Shown: positions 35,844-46,300 of the stretch, one piece after another
How positions within the stretch are numbered: the stretch's first letter is position 1
How the letters are laid out: each line of letters starts with the position of its first letter
IMG/VR virus record: IMGVR_UViG_3300028831_000505
Span: 76-64,075 of that record
DNA: 64,000 nucleotides
Direction: 5' to 3' (one strand)
Source: a virus
Taxonomy: Duplodnaviria; Caudoviricetes
Program-made: the position numbers and the translations under genes
The notes under the pieces: model-generated
Databases searched by the model: none
Told to the model about the DNA's origin: nothing
What the model saw: the letters and a program-made list of their open reading frames with translations, nothing else

Positions 35844-36815
35844 CTATCTGTATGCGACGATTACTATCGACACGCCGGACAAGGTGGCGTCACGCGGGTC
35901 GGGGGCGGTCACCAAAAGGAACTCGGTGTCGTGGATAACGGTTTCGGTGGGGCATGAGAACACGCCTACCCGTGAACCCAAAGCAAATGTGATGGTGGCG
36001 AACTGCGTAGCCACGTCAGCAACCACTTTGTAGAGGTGGTAGACGGCGGCGGCAGTTGCGGCGACTTCCGAGTCAGCCCGGGACTTCGGCAAGGCGACAG
36101 GGAATGTCAGGTCCACGGGCGGCTTGCAGCGGAATATCTTTTCTGCGGTCTGTGGACGATCCGTATCCCAAATAGCGAGCGGAAACATATTACCGCTGCC
36201 AATGAGGTTGGCCCAAATGGTCTCGTCCGTCACCCCCAACGGGTCCACACCTGTATTGGGCTGCCGCGCATAGTAGACGTTGCCGCCGCGCCGCACCGTG
36301 TCGCCTATCAGGTAGTCGGTGTCGACATCCCAATCATCCCGGAACGTTATGCCGGCAAAGAGCCCCTGATAGACCCACACCCCGCTGACCTTGAACCAAA
36401 CCTTGAGCGGGCCGCTGTTGACCTTGATGGCCCATTGGTCGTTCGTTCCAACGCCGGGGTCGGGCGCATCCCCGGACACATAGAAAAAGATTCCGGCTTC
36501 ATTCAAAAACTCACGGACTTCCCTAGCTTTGGATTGGGTCAGGGCGGTATCAAACCGGCCCTTGCCCACCTTCGAAATGGTAAAGTCACCCGTCGCTGTA
36601 TCAGCGCCAGGCCAGGGGACGTAGAACTCCCCACTGAGAAGGTCTTCCCCAATAGTGTTTATGACAATGCTGAGGCCTGCGATATTGAGCAAATCCCCCT
36701 GCTCAATATCGCTAAGATATCGACCCGCAATGGAAAAGCTTTTTGAGCCGCCAGTAACGGTCAGCGTGCCACCATCATTGCCGTCGAAGATGTCAGCAAA
36801 CGTTGTCTGTGGCAC
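35844..36815 (-). CDS. tail-associated protein with a CBM5/12-like carbohydrate-binding motif
   Basis: WDVDTDYLIGDTVRRGGNVYYARQPNTGVDP...W. Confidence 0.65.
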   Translation of the reverse strand: MPQTTFADIFDGNDGGTLTVTGGSKSFSIAGRYLSDIEQGDLLNIAGLSIVINTIGEDLLSGEFYVPWPGADTATGDFTISKVGKGRFDTALTQSKAREVREFLNEAGIFFYVSGDAPDPGVGTNDQWAIKVNSGPLKVWFKVSGVWVYQGLFAGITFRDDWDVDTDYLIGDTVRRGGNVYYARQPNTGVDPLGVTDETIWANLIGSGNMFPLAIWDTDRPQTAEKIFRCKPPVDLTFPVALPKSRADSEVAATAAAVYHLYKVVADVATQFATITFALGSRVGVFSCPTETVIHDTEFLLVTAPDPRDATLSGVSIVIVAYR

Positions 36816-36829
36816 GGCCCATCCCCCGA

Positions 36830-37048
36830 TCAGAATTCGCTGACGACGCGCGGCTGCACAGTCACCGGCTTGGGCTCAGCCCCGTTCAACGTCCACACTT
36901 CGTAGTCGCCGGGAGCTGCTTGGCTCTGCAAGAACGACTGGAGGGCTTCCTTTTTGTAGAACGGCCCCCAGCAAAACGAGATAGTGCCCGCGGCCTTCGT
37001 GGCCTCGCTCTGCTTCTGGCTCAAAAAATAAGTGCTCTCGCCAGCCAT
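36830..37048 (-). CDS. hypothetical protein
   Basis: GAGGAAGGG RBS before MAGESTYF. Confidence 0.55.
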   Translation of the reverse strand: MAGESTYFLSQKQSEATKAAGTISFCWGPFYKKEALQSFLQSQAAPGDYEVWTLNGAEPKPVTVQPRVVSEF

Positions 37049-37076
37049 TGTCCCTTCCTCCTGCCTTCGTGTGAAG

Positions 37077-37397
37077 CTACACCGCGCCCGTGGGCTTGTC
37101 CACCGGAGCGGGAAGAAGTTGTTGCTGCTCCTGCCGCGCAGCCTTTTCCTTAGCGGCGTCGAATTCCTTGTTCTCCAGAACTGCACCATCGTATTCGGCC
37201 AGTTCAATGGTTATATCCAAGGCTGGGGAAACCACGGCTGTCCCGGTTTCCGGGTCATAGGTCACCACCACAATATGCTGCCCGGGTCTCAACTGCTGGA
37301 GCATCACCTCGTGCGGCGGCATCTGCGCCAGTTGCTTGATGGGGGTTGAACTGTTTGGCTCAACCACGATTGCAAAAACGGCAAAATGGCTACTCAT
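37077..37397 (-). CDS. hypothetical protein
   Basis: ATGA overlap with the TipJ stop. Confidence 0.55.
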   Translation of the reverse strand: MSSHFAVFAIVVEPNSSTPIKQLAQMPPHEVMLQQLRPGQHIVVVTYDPETGTAVVSPALDITIELAEYDGAVLENKEFDAAKEKAARQEQQQLLPAPVDKPTGAV

Positions 37398-40300
37398 CGT
37401 ATGCCCTCATTGAGGATCAGCATGGGTTTACGGACTATACCAGCGCCGCCAGCACGGAGGGGGCCGGCAAATTGGATTCCGTTATTGACAACAACCAGAT
37501 CAAAGGTCCATGAGCCCCCACCCAAGGTGAGCCAACCAAATGAAACCGGCGAGGTGCCCCCAAGGGCACCGACGACCAGACCGCCGCCGCCCGGGTTGTT
37601 ATCTGCCATTCCAATGATGCACGGGCGCTCAATTTGTAAAATCCCGTTTGCATAAAGACGAATTCGCATGTCGTATGGGTCAGTTCTGTAGTCGAAGCTG
37701 ACCTCGCCACGCAACAGGACGCTCCCATCCCCGACCGTTTTGGTAATTGAGCACAGCGTGTGGTTTCCGCTCAGCGCCGAGGCATCATAGTCGGACCCGA
37801 CCGCTATGCGCTGCGCGGTCATTTCCTCGCCAAGGACGTGAAGCCTTGTGATCAGCGCATTGGCAATGTTCGCCGTGTTGGCAATAAGCTGATTGGTCCC
37901 CACCATGCGGGCAAGAAGGGCTCCGTCAGCCAGCACATCCGCCTTGATCACAACTTTGGGGCTTCCACCGACGTTGGAGATTTGGAAGATGGTAACCGGG
38001 CTGCCACCACTGACCCCAGGTTTGGCGATCAAAAAGTCGTCGGTGATGATGATGAATTGGCTCGTAGAACCGTCGTTGTAGGCTTTCACGCCAGTGACGT
38101 AGCCATTCACGTCCAGCGTCACTGTCCACTGCGCGGCCAGCCTGCCGCTGATGGTGGCCACCGCAGTAAAGTTTCCATTCACGGTGGCAGTCAGCCCACC
38201 ATAGGATGTGCTGACGCTGTTATTGTACGTCGAAATGGCCGAATTGGTATTGACCAGCGCCTGACTAATAGCGTCGGCTTTGGCAGCCAGCACATTTGTC
38301 TTCGTTTCGTATGTGGCGGAGATCGAACTTCCGAGCGTCACAATCGAGCCGTCCGTATAGCTGGCAGCTTGAGCCAACGTATTGACGTCGCCGGTCGTGG
38401 CAAAGGTCTTCGTTGCAAAGTTGGTGTTGATAGACGTTTGCAGGTTGGCCAGCGCACCATCGGTATAGGTGGCCGCGGCCGCCACCACCGTGACGCCGGC
38501 CTGTTCCACAAAGTCTGTCGTGGCATAGTTGAGATGCAAGTCAGCGATGACCGTCTCAATACGGTCAATCAGATCGCCACGGATGCCCACCACGTTGCGC
38601 TTGCCTGTAATCTCCTCGAGCATCGTGCCGGATTCGATTTCGACTATGTAGTTGGCAATCCACTGCTCGAAGGATTTGGTGCGCTTGGAAAATTCATCGA
38701 CGGCGCGGGTAACCTGATCCTCAAGGGCGGGGATCAGACCCGGCAGACCAACCACGGGGTACTTTAGGTCGATGGACGGGGGCTCAACGGTTGTTATGCT
38801 GAACGTGCCGTGTTTCTTTCCAACGCCGGCCACGCGCACCTTGATAAACGCCAAGCTAACCATCTTGGAGTAGCTGTTGGCTCCACCCTGATAGAACGGC
38901 TCCCAAGTGGTGCCATTGTCGTAGGAAATATCCACGACATAGTAGTAGGCACCAGCCGCGGGCCACCATGAGACATCAAGCGTGGGTTCAAGAATGTTGG
39001 TTCGGAACGACGCGAGGATGCCGCTGATAACCGGGGCACCGGGGTCAAACAACGGTGTGGCCCCGGGGTCGTCGGGCAGATCGCCCAGGTCGGTGTCGTA
39101 AACCCCGGGGTCGTCTATCACGAGCGCCAGGGTCACCCGGTTGCCGTTGGGGCGGCCGGTGAGGACAACGCAGTTCTCAGCCATGTTGTCCTGGAAGCCA
39201 AAGTCGAAGGTTGGCCCCTCCGACCCATCCTGACGGTCCAGCGCATCTTCCAATGTTATGCCCCGCGCCGTCTCAACTGTAATCAAATCGGTAGCGTCAA
39301 GCACGGCAACGTTATCGGCTTCACCCTTCGTACACTTGATGGGGCCGAGGTACTTACCGGTCTTGGTTCTGACCCCGATGTAATTCTGCAAGCTATTCGA
39401 CCACTCCGGCGCAACGTCGAGGGTCAGGTTGTGCCCATCCTGTTCTAGGACCTCACCACTAAAGCCCATGGTCTGCGGTAGTTCGCTCTGCACGCGGACC
39501 AGCGAGCCGAGGTTTAGCAGCCGGCCGTCGAGTTCAGTGTCCAGAGTCACAAACTGGCGGCGCAGAGTAGCTTGCTTAAAGTAGAAGGCGGCCAACACAA
39601 AGGCCAGTGGGCGCTCGGTGGCACCCTCCACCCTGATGCGCCGGGGCTTTTGTGCCTCAAAGTCCTGTGTCTCGGGTGGGAACTGCGCCTCAGCCTGTTG
39701 CCAGACCTCACGGTCAAGGTACTCAACGATTACCGCATCGGCCTCGTTCTCATCCTGGAAGATAGTCTTGATGCTGATTGAGCCGCGAACGATCTGGCGG
39801 TCGCTGAGCATGAGATTGGGCACCGTGCGCAACTGCTCACGGGTAATGCTGATCATGTCTCCTGCCCAGCGGTGCTTCGCCATCAGGATGCGAAGCGCCT
39901 TGTCAATAGCGTCAGGTATCGGAACCGTGCTCACAAACTGGAAGTCAAAATAGTGGCCCAAGCTGGTGCCCAGCGCATCCAGGGCAACGAACTCCGCGAA
40001 GTCCATCTTGTTGGGTGGGCGGGGGTTGCTGTTGTAGATGGTGTTGGTGGCAATGTCGTAGGCCGCCCACGCCGCGCTGCGGGTAGGCTGCTCCACCATG
40101 GCCACGCCATTCCACACCGGAAGGATACGGGTCCAAATAACCGCAAGGCGACGCGACGACGCTTGGGAGATCTGAGCGGTGGCCTTGATCCGTAGCGCGA
40201 CCGTGGTCTCATAGGTGAATGAGGAGTCGCCCACCAGAAAGCCGCGCAGGCCCAGCCATGTGATGTCGTCGCGGGTCGCATTGTCGGTAGGTAGTGGGGT

Positions 40301-41458
40301 GGTTCGCCTCAACCTGACCTGATAGCGGCCCGGAGTGGACGTGGTACGCTTCTCAGTGAAGCGCTTGGGGGTGTTGCTCGCCCCCGTGTAGGAAGTGTTG
40401 AACAAGCCCACATAGGGGCCAGTGGGCGCACCCGCGTTGTTGACCGGCCGGTATTGGCACTCAACCGCCACCGTTGCGGATGAGATTGTTCCATCTGGAT
40501 TTGTATGGATCAGGAGAGCGCCAAGGTCAATCGCTATCGCATCAATCAGCGAGCCGGCCTCGTTCACGATGAAGCCGCCAAGCCATCCATCGTCGATTCC
40601 CGCTGGGTCGGGAAGGGTCTGGTTGCTGACCTCCGCCGCCTGCACAATGTTGGTGGGGAATAGGGTGACGGTTTGGCCGGGCAGGTAGACGGCTACATCG
40701 ATGTCCGAGAAACCCTCAGCCAACCCGTTGGTGGGGTCCCATAACGGAGTGTCGTCAAGAAGGATTTGGTCAATGCGGTACTTGCCTGCACCAATGCAAA
40801 GCAAAACGTTCACTAGCTGGTCGTCCCCGCTGTATTCCGAGAACGGGCTCTGCGCGTAGTCGGGAAAGGTTTTCAGGCTGCCATAGCCAACCGGGATGGT
40901 TTGCAGAAGCCGGGCCGCGTTACCCGCAACGTTCAATGAGTAGATTTGCGGGGTCTTGTCGTCCTGAGCAGCCGGGGCGTCTGGCCGCAGGAACGTGGAC
41001 AGCAACAGCGCGCCACCCATCACAATGCCGGCTGCGATGAGTGCCCCACCAAAGGTCAGGGCCGCGCCCGTGAGCCCCAGCACGCCCGCGCCTGCGACCC
41101 ACGTGCCAATAGGCCCCGCGATCGCGGTCAGCGCGATCATGGCAATGATGCCACCAATCTGGAGGGCTTTGTTGCCCCCGCCCGCACCGCCGGTCAGGCC
41201 GCCGAGCGGACGCGAAAGGAACATCAGGCTGTCGCCCCTGCGCAGGCGCACGCGGCGCCAGTTCGCCCGTTTGACTGGCATATGTGTACCGCGCCGGGTC
41301 AGGACGCAGATCGTGGGCAGCCGGAACTTCCATTCAGTGTCGTTGAGCACACGCGAGATCTTGTGGCCAACACGCGCCACCGCCACGCCCTGCTTGTAGC
41401 CGGGCGCTACCATGTGGACTACGTCGATGCTGTCCTTTGTTTTGGTCGCGGTCTGCAC
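37394..41458 (-). CDS. tail tip host-specificity protein / central tail fibre (TipJ, with N-terminal gpI-like region)
   Basis: Gly/Ala hydrophobic gpI-like N-terminus, IPVGYG..K.FPD, PTRSAAWA.YD, FN3-like region, coiled coil, WTVTLDVNGYVTG. Confidence 0.9.
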   Translation of the reverse strand: MQTATKTKDSIDVVHMVAPGYKQGVAVARVGHKISRVLNDTEWKFRLPTICVLTRRGTHMPVKRANWRRVRLRRGDSLMFLSRPLGGLTGGAGGGNKALQIGGIIAMIALTAIAGPIGTWVAGAGVLGLTGAALTFGGALIAAGIVMGGALLLSTFLRPDAPAAQDDKTPQIYSLNVAGNAARLLQTIPVGYGSLKTFPDYAQSPFSEYSGDDQLVNVLLCIGAGKYRIDQILLDDTPLWDPTNGLAEGFSDIDVAVYLPGQTVTLFPTNIVQAAEVSNQTLPDPAGIDDGWLGGFIVNEAGSLIDAIAIDLGALLIHTNPDGTISSATVAVECQYRPVNNAGAPTGPYVGLFNTSYTGASNTPKRFTEKRTTSTPGRYQVRLRRTTPLPTDNATRDDITWLGLRGFLVGDSSFTYETTVALRIKATAQISQASSRRLAVIWTRILPVWNGVAMVEQPTRSAAWAAYDIATNTIYNSNPRPPNKMDFAEFVALDALGTSLGHYFDFQFVSTVPIPDAIDKALRILMAKHRWAGDMISITREQLRTVPNLMLSDRQIVRGSISIKTIFQDENEADAVIVEYLDREVWQQAEAQFPPETQDFEAQKPRRIRVEGATERPLAFVLAAFYFKQATLRRQFVTLDTELDGRLLNLGSLVRVQSELPQTMGFSGEVLEQDGHNLTLDVAPEWSNSLQNYIGVRTKTGKYLGPIKCTKGEADNVAVLDATDLITVETARGITLEDALDRQDGSEGPTFDFGFQDNMAENCVVLTGRPNGNRVTLALVIDDPGVYDTDLGDLPDDPGATPLFDPGAPVISGILASFRTNILEPTLDVSWWPAAGAYYYVVDISYDNGTTWEPFYQGGANSYSKMVSLAFIKVRVAGVGKKHGTFSITTVEPPSIDLKYPVVGLPGLIPALEDQVTRAVDEFSKRTKSFEQWIANYIVEIESGTMLEEITGKRNVVGIRGDLIDRIETVIADLHLNYATTDFVEQAGVTVVAAAATYTDGALANLQTSINTNFATKTFATTGDVNTLAQAASYTDGSIVTLGSSISATYETKTNVLAAKADAISQALVNTNSAISTYNNSVSTSYGGLTATVNGNFTAVATISGRLAAQWTVTLDVNGYVTGVKAYNDGSTSQFIIITDDFLIAKPGVSGGSPVTIFQISNVGGSPKVVIKADVLADGALLARMVGTNQLIANTANIANALITRLHVLGEEMTAQRIAVGSDYDASALSGNHTLCSITKTVGDGSVLLRGEVSFDYRTDPYDMRIRLYANGILQIERPCIIGMADNNPGGGGLVVGALGGTSPVSFGWLTLGGGSWTFDLVVVNNGIQFAGPLRAGGAGIVRKPMLILNEGIR

Positions 41459-41460
41459 GC

Positions 41461-41958
41461 CTATTTCCGTTCCTCAATTGGCCTTGCTGTGCCGTGCTCG
41501 CCCCGCCCCTCAAGGTCGGCCGAGAACTGCCCGGGCTCGGCCCCGTTGACACCAAGCCAACCGTGATACCCTTCGACCACAATGGATGGGCTTACCTGGA
41601 GCAAAGGAAGGTTGCCCTTTACGACCCACCCGTCGCCGTTGGACGACCGGCGGTCAATTTCCCACTGCTCGCCGTTTGGGCACACCACGCAGATGGGCGG
41701 ACGCTTCTCGGCCCAGTCACGCCAGTAGTGGGGCGAAAGGAAGCCACGCTTGCCCGGGTCTGGGGGCCGTTGCTCGAACATGACGTACTTGCCAGTTGCC
41801 CGGTACTTCCCGGTTGGGTCGAAGTACCACGGCATATACCACGCCATACCGGGAAGGAACATCCTTCTATCGTTGCGCCACCAGTTTTTGGCAAGCGCCT
41901 CGTCCTGCATTGCCTGATACTCGTCAGGGGTCAAGATGCGGTTTATCCTAACCAGCAT
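41461..41958 (-). CDS. DUF6527-like protein
   Basis: VVCPNG..W.ID...W...G..P..QVSPSI....YHGWL. Confidence 0.5.
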   Translation of the reverse strand: MLVRINRILTPDEYQAMQDEALAKNWWRNDRRMFLPGMAWYMPWYFDPTGKYRATGKYVMFEQRPPDPGKRGFLSPHYWRDWAEKRPPICVVCPNGEQWEIDRRSSNGDGWVVKGNLPLLQVSPSIVVEGYHGWLGVNGAEPGQFSADLEGRGEHGTARPIEERK

Positions 41959-42412
41959 GGCGCAACACCTCCGCTGGTTCGTAGTAGCGGAAAACCCGCC
42001 AGCCCGACGGCATGCGCAGGACCGAGTCGTCCAGATACATCACCCCGAACGGTGCCTCACAGTTGACTACCCGGCGCTCCAGCTTGAGCCACGTGGCCAC
42101 GTGGATTGGGCGGTTGCCGTAGGCCATGAGCATAATGGCGCCGTCGGGCAAGGTCAGCACTGACGCGTGCGGCTTCTCAACCCAGAACCGGCGGTGAGGG
42201 TTCCCCTCAATCTGCTCCATCATCCATTTTAGAGCCGCGGCCCGGCCCATGTTGTTGAGATCAGGTACTTCCACGTCAGGCATCTCACGGCCCCAAAGGT
42301 GCCGCTGGACGTAGGCGGTACAGTGATAGCAATCAAACTCGTCCGGCCCCTTGCCGTTGAAGACGTGGGGCTTGCCGAGAATGGAGTTCAGGAAGGCGTC
42401 ACGCCCGCTCAT
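41948..42412 (-). CDS. NlpC/P60 tail tip assembly protein (gpK-like)
   Basis: GKP...GKGPDEFDCY catalytic Cys, HVA His; tail tip position. Confidence 0.82.
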   Translation of the reverse strand: MSGRDAFLNSILGKPHVFNGKGPDEFDCYHCTAYVQRHLWGREMPDVEVPDLNNMGRAAALKWMMEQIEGNPHRRFWVEKPHASVLTLPDGAIMLMAYGNRPIHVATWLKLERRVVNCEAPFGVMYLDDSVLRMPSGWRVFRYYEPAEVLRHAG

Positions 42413-42954
42413 ACCTGCCTCAGTGTCTTGAACCGCCTGATCGTGTAGATCAGGCTGGGGAACTTCGTGTTGGTAAGGTCGTCAATACGAATGGTACAAT
42501 CCACCCGCTGCGCCGTCACCGTAACGTCCCGCCCCACCATTTCCAGTGGGCCATAGGCCGGGGCTGACGGGTCGTCCAAAAGGTACTGCCGCAGGATTAC
42601 CCGCATATTCGCGCGCGTGCGCGAAGCGGGCTTGATGTAAGGCGAGAGGTCGCGCCCCACGCCGTCAATGCTGATGCGGACCTCAGGCGGCTTGCCCTCT
42701 TCCCACTCAGGGTGGTCGGCCATGAACGGGATAGCCTTGAACTTGACCGATTCGCCACCGTTGAGGGGCGCCCCTTCCTCCAAGGTAAAGAACGTGTCCT
42801 CAAAGGTTTCGGCCACAGCGCGCACCGAGAACTGACCAATCTCCTCGTCGACGAACGCGGGGTGGATCAGCTCAAGCGTATTGCACTCCCGCTCCGCAGG
42901 CGGTGCGCTGGCCTCAGCCTCAGCCCAAGCATCTGACCATGGCTCAAAGGGCAT
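42409..42954 (-). CDS. tail tip protein L-like (DUF1833 family)
   Basis: TLELIHPAF...V...TLE..AP...G..V.F.A.PF...P. Confidence 0.78.
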   Translation of the reverse strand: MPFEPWSDAWAEAEASAPPAERECNTLELIHPAFVDEEIGQFSVRAVAETFEDTFFTLEEGAPLNGGESVKFKAIPFMADHPEWEEGKPPEVRISIDGVGRDLSPYIKPASRTRANMRVILRQYLLDDPSAPAYGPLEMVGRDVTVTAQRVDCTIRIDDLTNTKFPSLIYTIRRFKTLRQV

Positions 42955-43315
42955 TGAACACCCACAAGTCGTGCGTCACGCGGATAAACGGGCTGACCGA
43001 GGTTGGCTTGGGCTTGGATGCATACTGCACCAGCTTCGTTTGCTCTCCATCACCAAACTCGATGGGCATAGTGAAACGCGCCAGCCCCATGTGGAGTGTG
43101 TTCTTGATAAACGCTTTGTAGATCGCCCACTGGGCCTGCGTGTAGAGAATATCAAAAGTGGTCCGCATAACATTGTCGCCGGGCCGACCACGCATGCGCT
43201 TGTTCCCACCCTCCATATCCGTGACAAGCGGGTCCTGGTAAAGATCGGGTATCTGCCATGTGTCGATCAGTGGTGAGTGAGGCAGCGTCTCGACGGGATA
43301 GGCCGGCGTGGTCAT
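42944..43315 (-). CDS. distal tail protein (gpM/Dit-like)
   Basis: P..LP...TDMEGG.KR.R...F....L..G...F.M; follows the tape measure gene. Confidence 0.7.
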   Translation of the reverse strand: MTTPAYPVETLPHSPLIDTWQIPDLYQDPLVTDMEGGNKRMRGRPGDNVMRTTFDILYTQAQWAIYKAFIKNTLHMGLARFTMPIEFGDGEQTKLVQYASKPKPTSVSPFIRVTHDLWVFNAL

Positions 43316-46300
43316 GACAACCCCTTCGTGCGGTCAAGGCCAAACTGCTGGGCTAGGGATTTGGATACCGGCCCACCAGAGTGGATGTCGTTGCTCATGG
43401 TATCCGCAATCATGTTGCGCAGGTAGACGTCGATGTTGGTGCCACCGTTCGGGCCGCGTGATTGCCGGACGTCTGCTTTCACACCTTGGACCTCGTGAAC
43501 GTTGACGTAGACGTTGCTGCCCCCACCCATCTCACCGCCCAGCGTGACGGGGATTGACCGGCCGTCGGGCAGGGGAACGTAGGCCTCAGGGCCGCGGCCC
43601 TCACCAAAGATAGCCATCTGTGGGCTGTTGGCCACGCCGCCTGTGCTGTAGGTTTGCAGCGGGGCAAAGCCCTTGGGGGTCATGATGCCGCCGAGCGCAG
43701 CGTGGCCAATGCCCCCCATGCCTATAGGCAGGCCGCCCGGCAGCGGCGTGCCCCCGGGAGTACCCAGCAAACCCGCAAGCATGGGTGAAATGCCGCCAAA
43801 GATTGCTTGAAGCGCAGGCCGCAAGATCATGATCTTGATCATTTCGTTCTGCACGTCGAGCAGCGACTTGACTACAGTATCCTTCCACGCCTTCCACGCA
43901 TCCTCACCTTTCAGCAGCGCGTTCTCCACAGCGAGGAACGAATTCTCAGTTCCCGTTTGGACGGACTGCGTGATGGTGTTGAGGTCGTTGATTTTCTTTT
44001 GCTGCTGGAGCGTGATCTGGTAAAGGGCCAGCTCTCGGTCTTTCCTGACGTCCAGACCCTTGCCATATTTCTCATTCAGGTCGATCTGTTTCTCAAGCGT
44101 GGCCACGCCAATGCGGCGTTGGTCCTCGGTGGTATTGAAGAGTTCGATGGTCTTGTCGAGCACCTGCACCTGCTTCTCGAGCGCCCGCACCGCCTCCTCA
44201 TGCCCCTTGGCGAACGGGATGGCGGCCAGTCTACCAGCGAGGTCAACGGCCTCCTTGAATTTGGCACTCTCCTTATCCTGATTGGCCAGAAGCAGCTCGT
44301 GCTCCTTCTGCGTGCGGGCTAGTGCCACAGCGCGTTGTAGCTCACCCGTGTTGCGGTCCCTGAGCAAGGCCACTTCCTGTTGTGCCAGATCGACCCGCAT
44401 CTTGGCTTCCTTGATGCCAGTCTCGAGCTGGGCAAGGCGGTTCTGCTCCATCGTAAAGGCATTGATCAACATCAGGGTGCCAAGACGAAGCTTCTCTTCC
44501 CGGCTTAGCTGCTGGTTGGCCAGGGTCATGTTGCGGGTTAGGAGGAGCCCGCTCTGAATTCCCAGATTGACGTTGGATTGGGCCACGGCCAGTTGGAAGG
44601 CCGTCTGACCCTGCTGCTTGGCAATCTCAACGTTTTCGGTTGCCACTACGGCATGGTTCTTCATGTCGTTGGTCAGCTTGCCGAGGTCACTGCCCAGGCG
44701 GTTGGCGATGATGAACCTCAAGCGCTCAAACTGTTCGCTGGACAGTCCCAGACCTGCCTGGATTTTCTTGAGCCCCTCGTCACTCAGGTTCAACACGGTG
44801 GTGTTGAAGCGCTTGATCTGGTTGTCGGCTGACATGCTGTTTTCGACAACCTTGAGATGGTTCTTGGCGAACTCAGCCAGCGCGTCACCGGCTACCCTTA
44901 TCTTCTCAGGGGTGTCGGTGATCACCGACACCGCAGCCGGCGTGGTCGGGGAAATGCCACCCTTTGCAGCCATCGCCTTGAGCGCGGCCGCCAGTTCAGG
45001 GCTGGCCTTGCGGGTGGACTCAAGCACGTCTAGCATGGAGCGCTTCCAACTGGCGGAGAAATTCTTGCCGCCATCGGCAGCGTCGTCAATCTCCTTGCGC
45101 ATTTCGCGCATGGCAATTTGCAGGTCTTCGGTTTCATTCCCCCAATCGATTGCCTTCCACAGGTCCTTGATGATGGCAACAGAGAACGCAAGGCCGGCGA
45201 GGACAAGTGCGGCGCCCTTACCAGCAACGGCCAGAAGCTGAACTACTGCAACAAAGGCTTGTCCTGAGGCCGTGGCCAGCTCGGCGTTCTTCTCAAAGTC
45301 CTTGACCGACTGGGTGATGTCCTCGAGTACCTTCACAAGGGCATTGACAGCGCCGGACTGCTCACCTGCCTTCTTAAAGAAGTCGGTGGATGCCTCACCG
45401 AGGCGGTGCCAAGCGCCCGCCAAGCCTTGAGATTGGCTGATAGCACCTGCCACATGCTGCCGCAGGCGTTCAAGGACAACCAGCCGGGCACCCAGCAGAT
45501 TGCCACTTTCCTGCAAGTTCCTGATTTGGAACTCCTCCATGGCGCTGAACTGAACTCCGGCCTCGGTAAGGCCCCGCAAGTTGCGGGTTGGGTCTTCGAG
45601 GACCTTGGCCAAGCGCCGCATATTGGTTTCAATGTCGCCGCGTGAGACCAGCGATAGGCCTTGAGCGGCTAGCAGAGCGGTCTGGAAAATTTCCTTATTG
45701 ATGCCAGGTATCGTCAGAAGCGCCGCGGCCGCGTTGGCGGCACCTTCGCGGGTGGCGAGGGTGGTCTTCGAAACCACTTTCGCCATGCTGTCCACTTCCT
45801 TCGCAGTGACTTGCGCACGGTCACCCATCACGTCAATGACTGCGTTGAACCGACGCATCCGGTCTTCCTGCTCGGACGCCGACTTCACCATGGCAATAAA
45901 GGCCACGCCCAAGCCAATGATGGACGTGATTGCGGTCGCGGCAATGATGCCGGCCAGGGACGTCAGCGAGTTGAACGCAGTCAGACGCGATGAGAGGCCA
46001 GAGAGGGGACCAAGGCCGATTTGAGTGCCCTTGGCGATCTCCTTGATGGCGTCACCATAGCCCCGGATAGTTGGTGCCCCGTCAATCGCTTCCCGCTTGA
46101 CAGTATTCAACTTCGCCAGCATCTGGTTCTGAGCCGTGGTGAATGCCGTTGACGACAGCACGCCAGCGCTCAGTTGCTTCTCATAGTTCTTGAACGACTG
46201 CTCGAGGTCACTCACCACAGCGATGTTGGTGCCCCGCTTATTCATCGCATTCATGAGGTCCATGTAGCGGCCACGAACCTTCTCAACCGCCACCTGTTGG

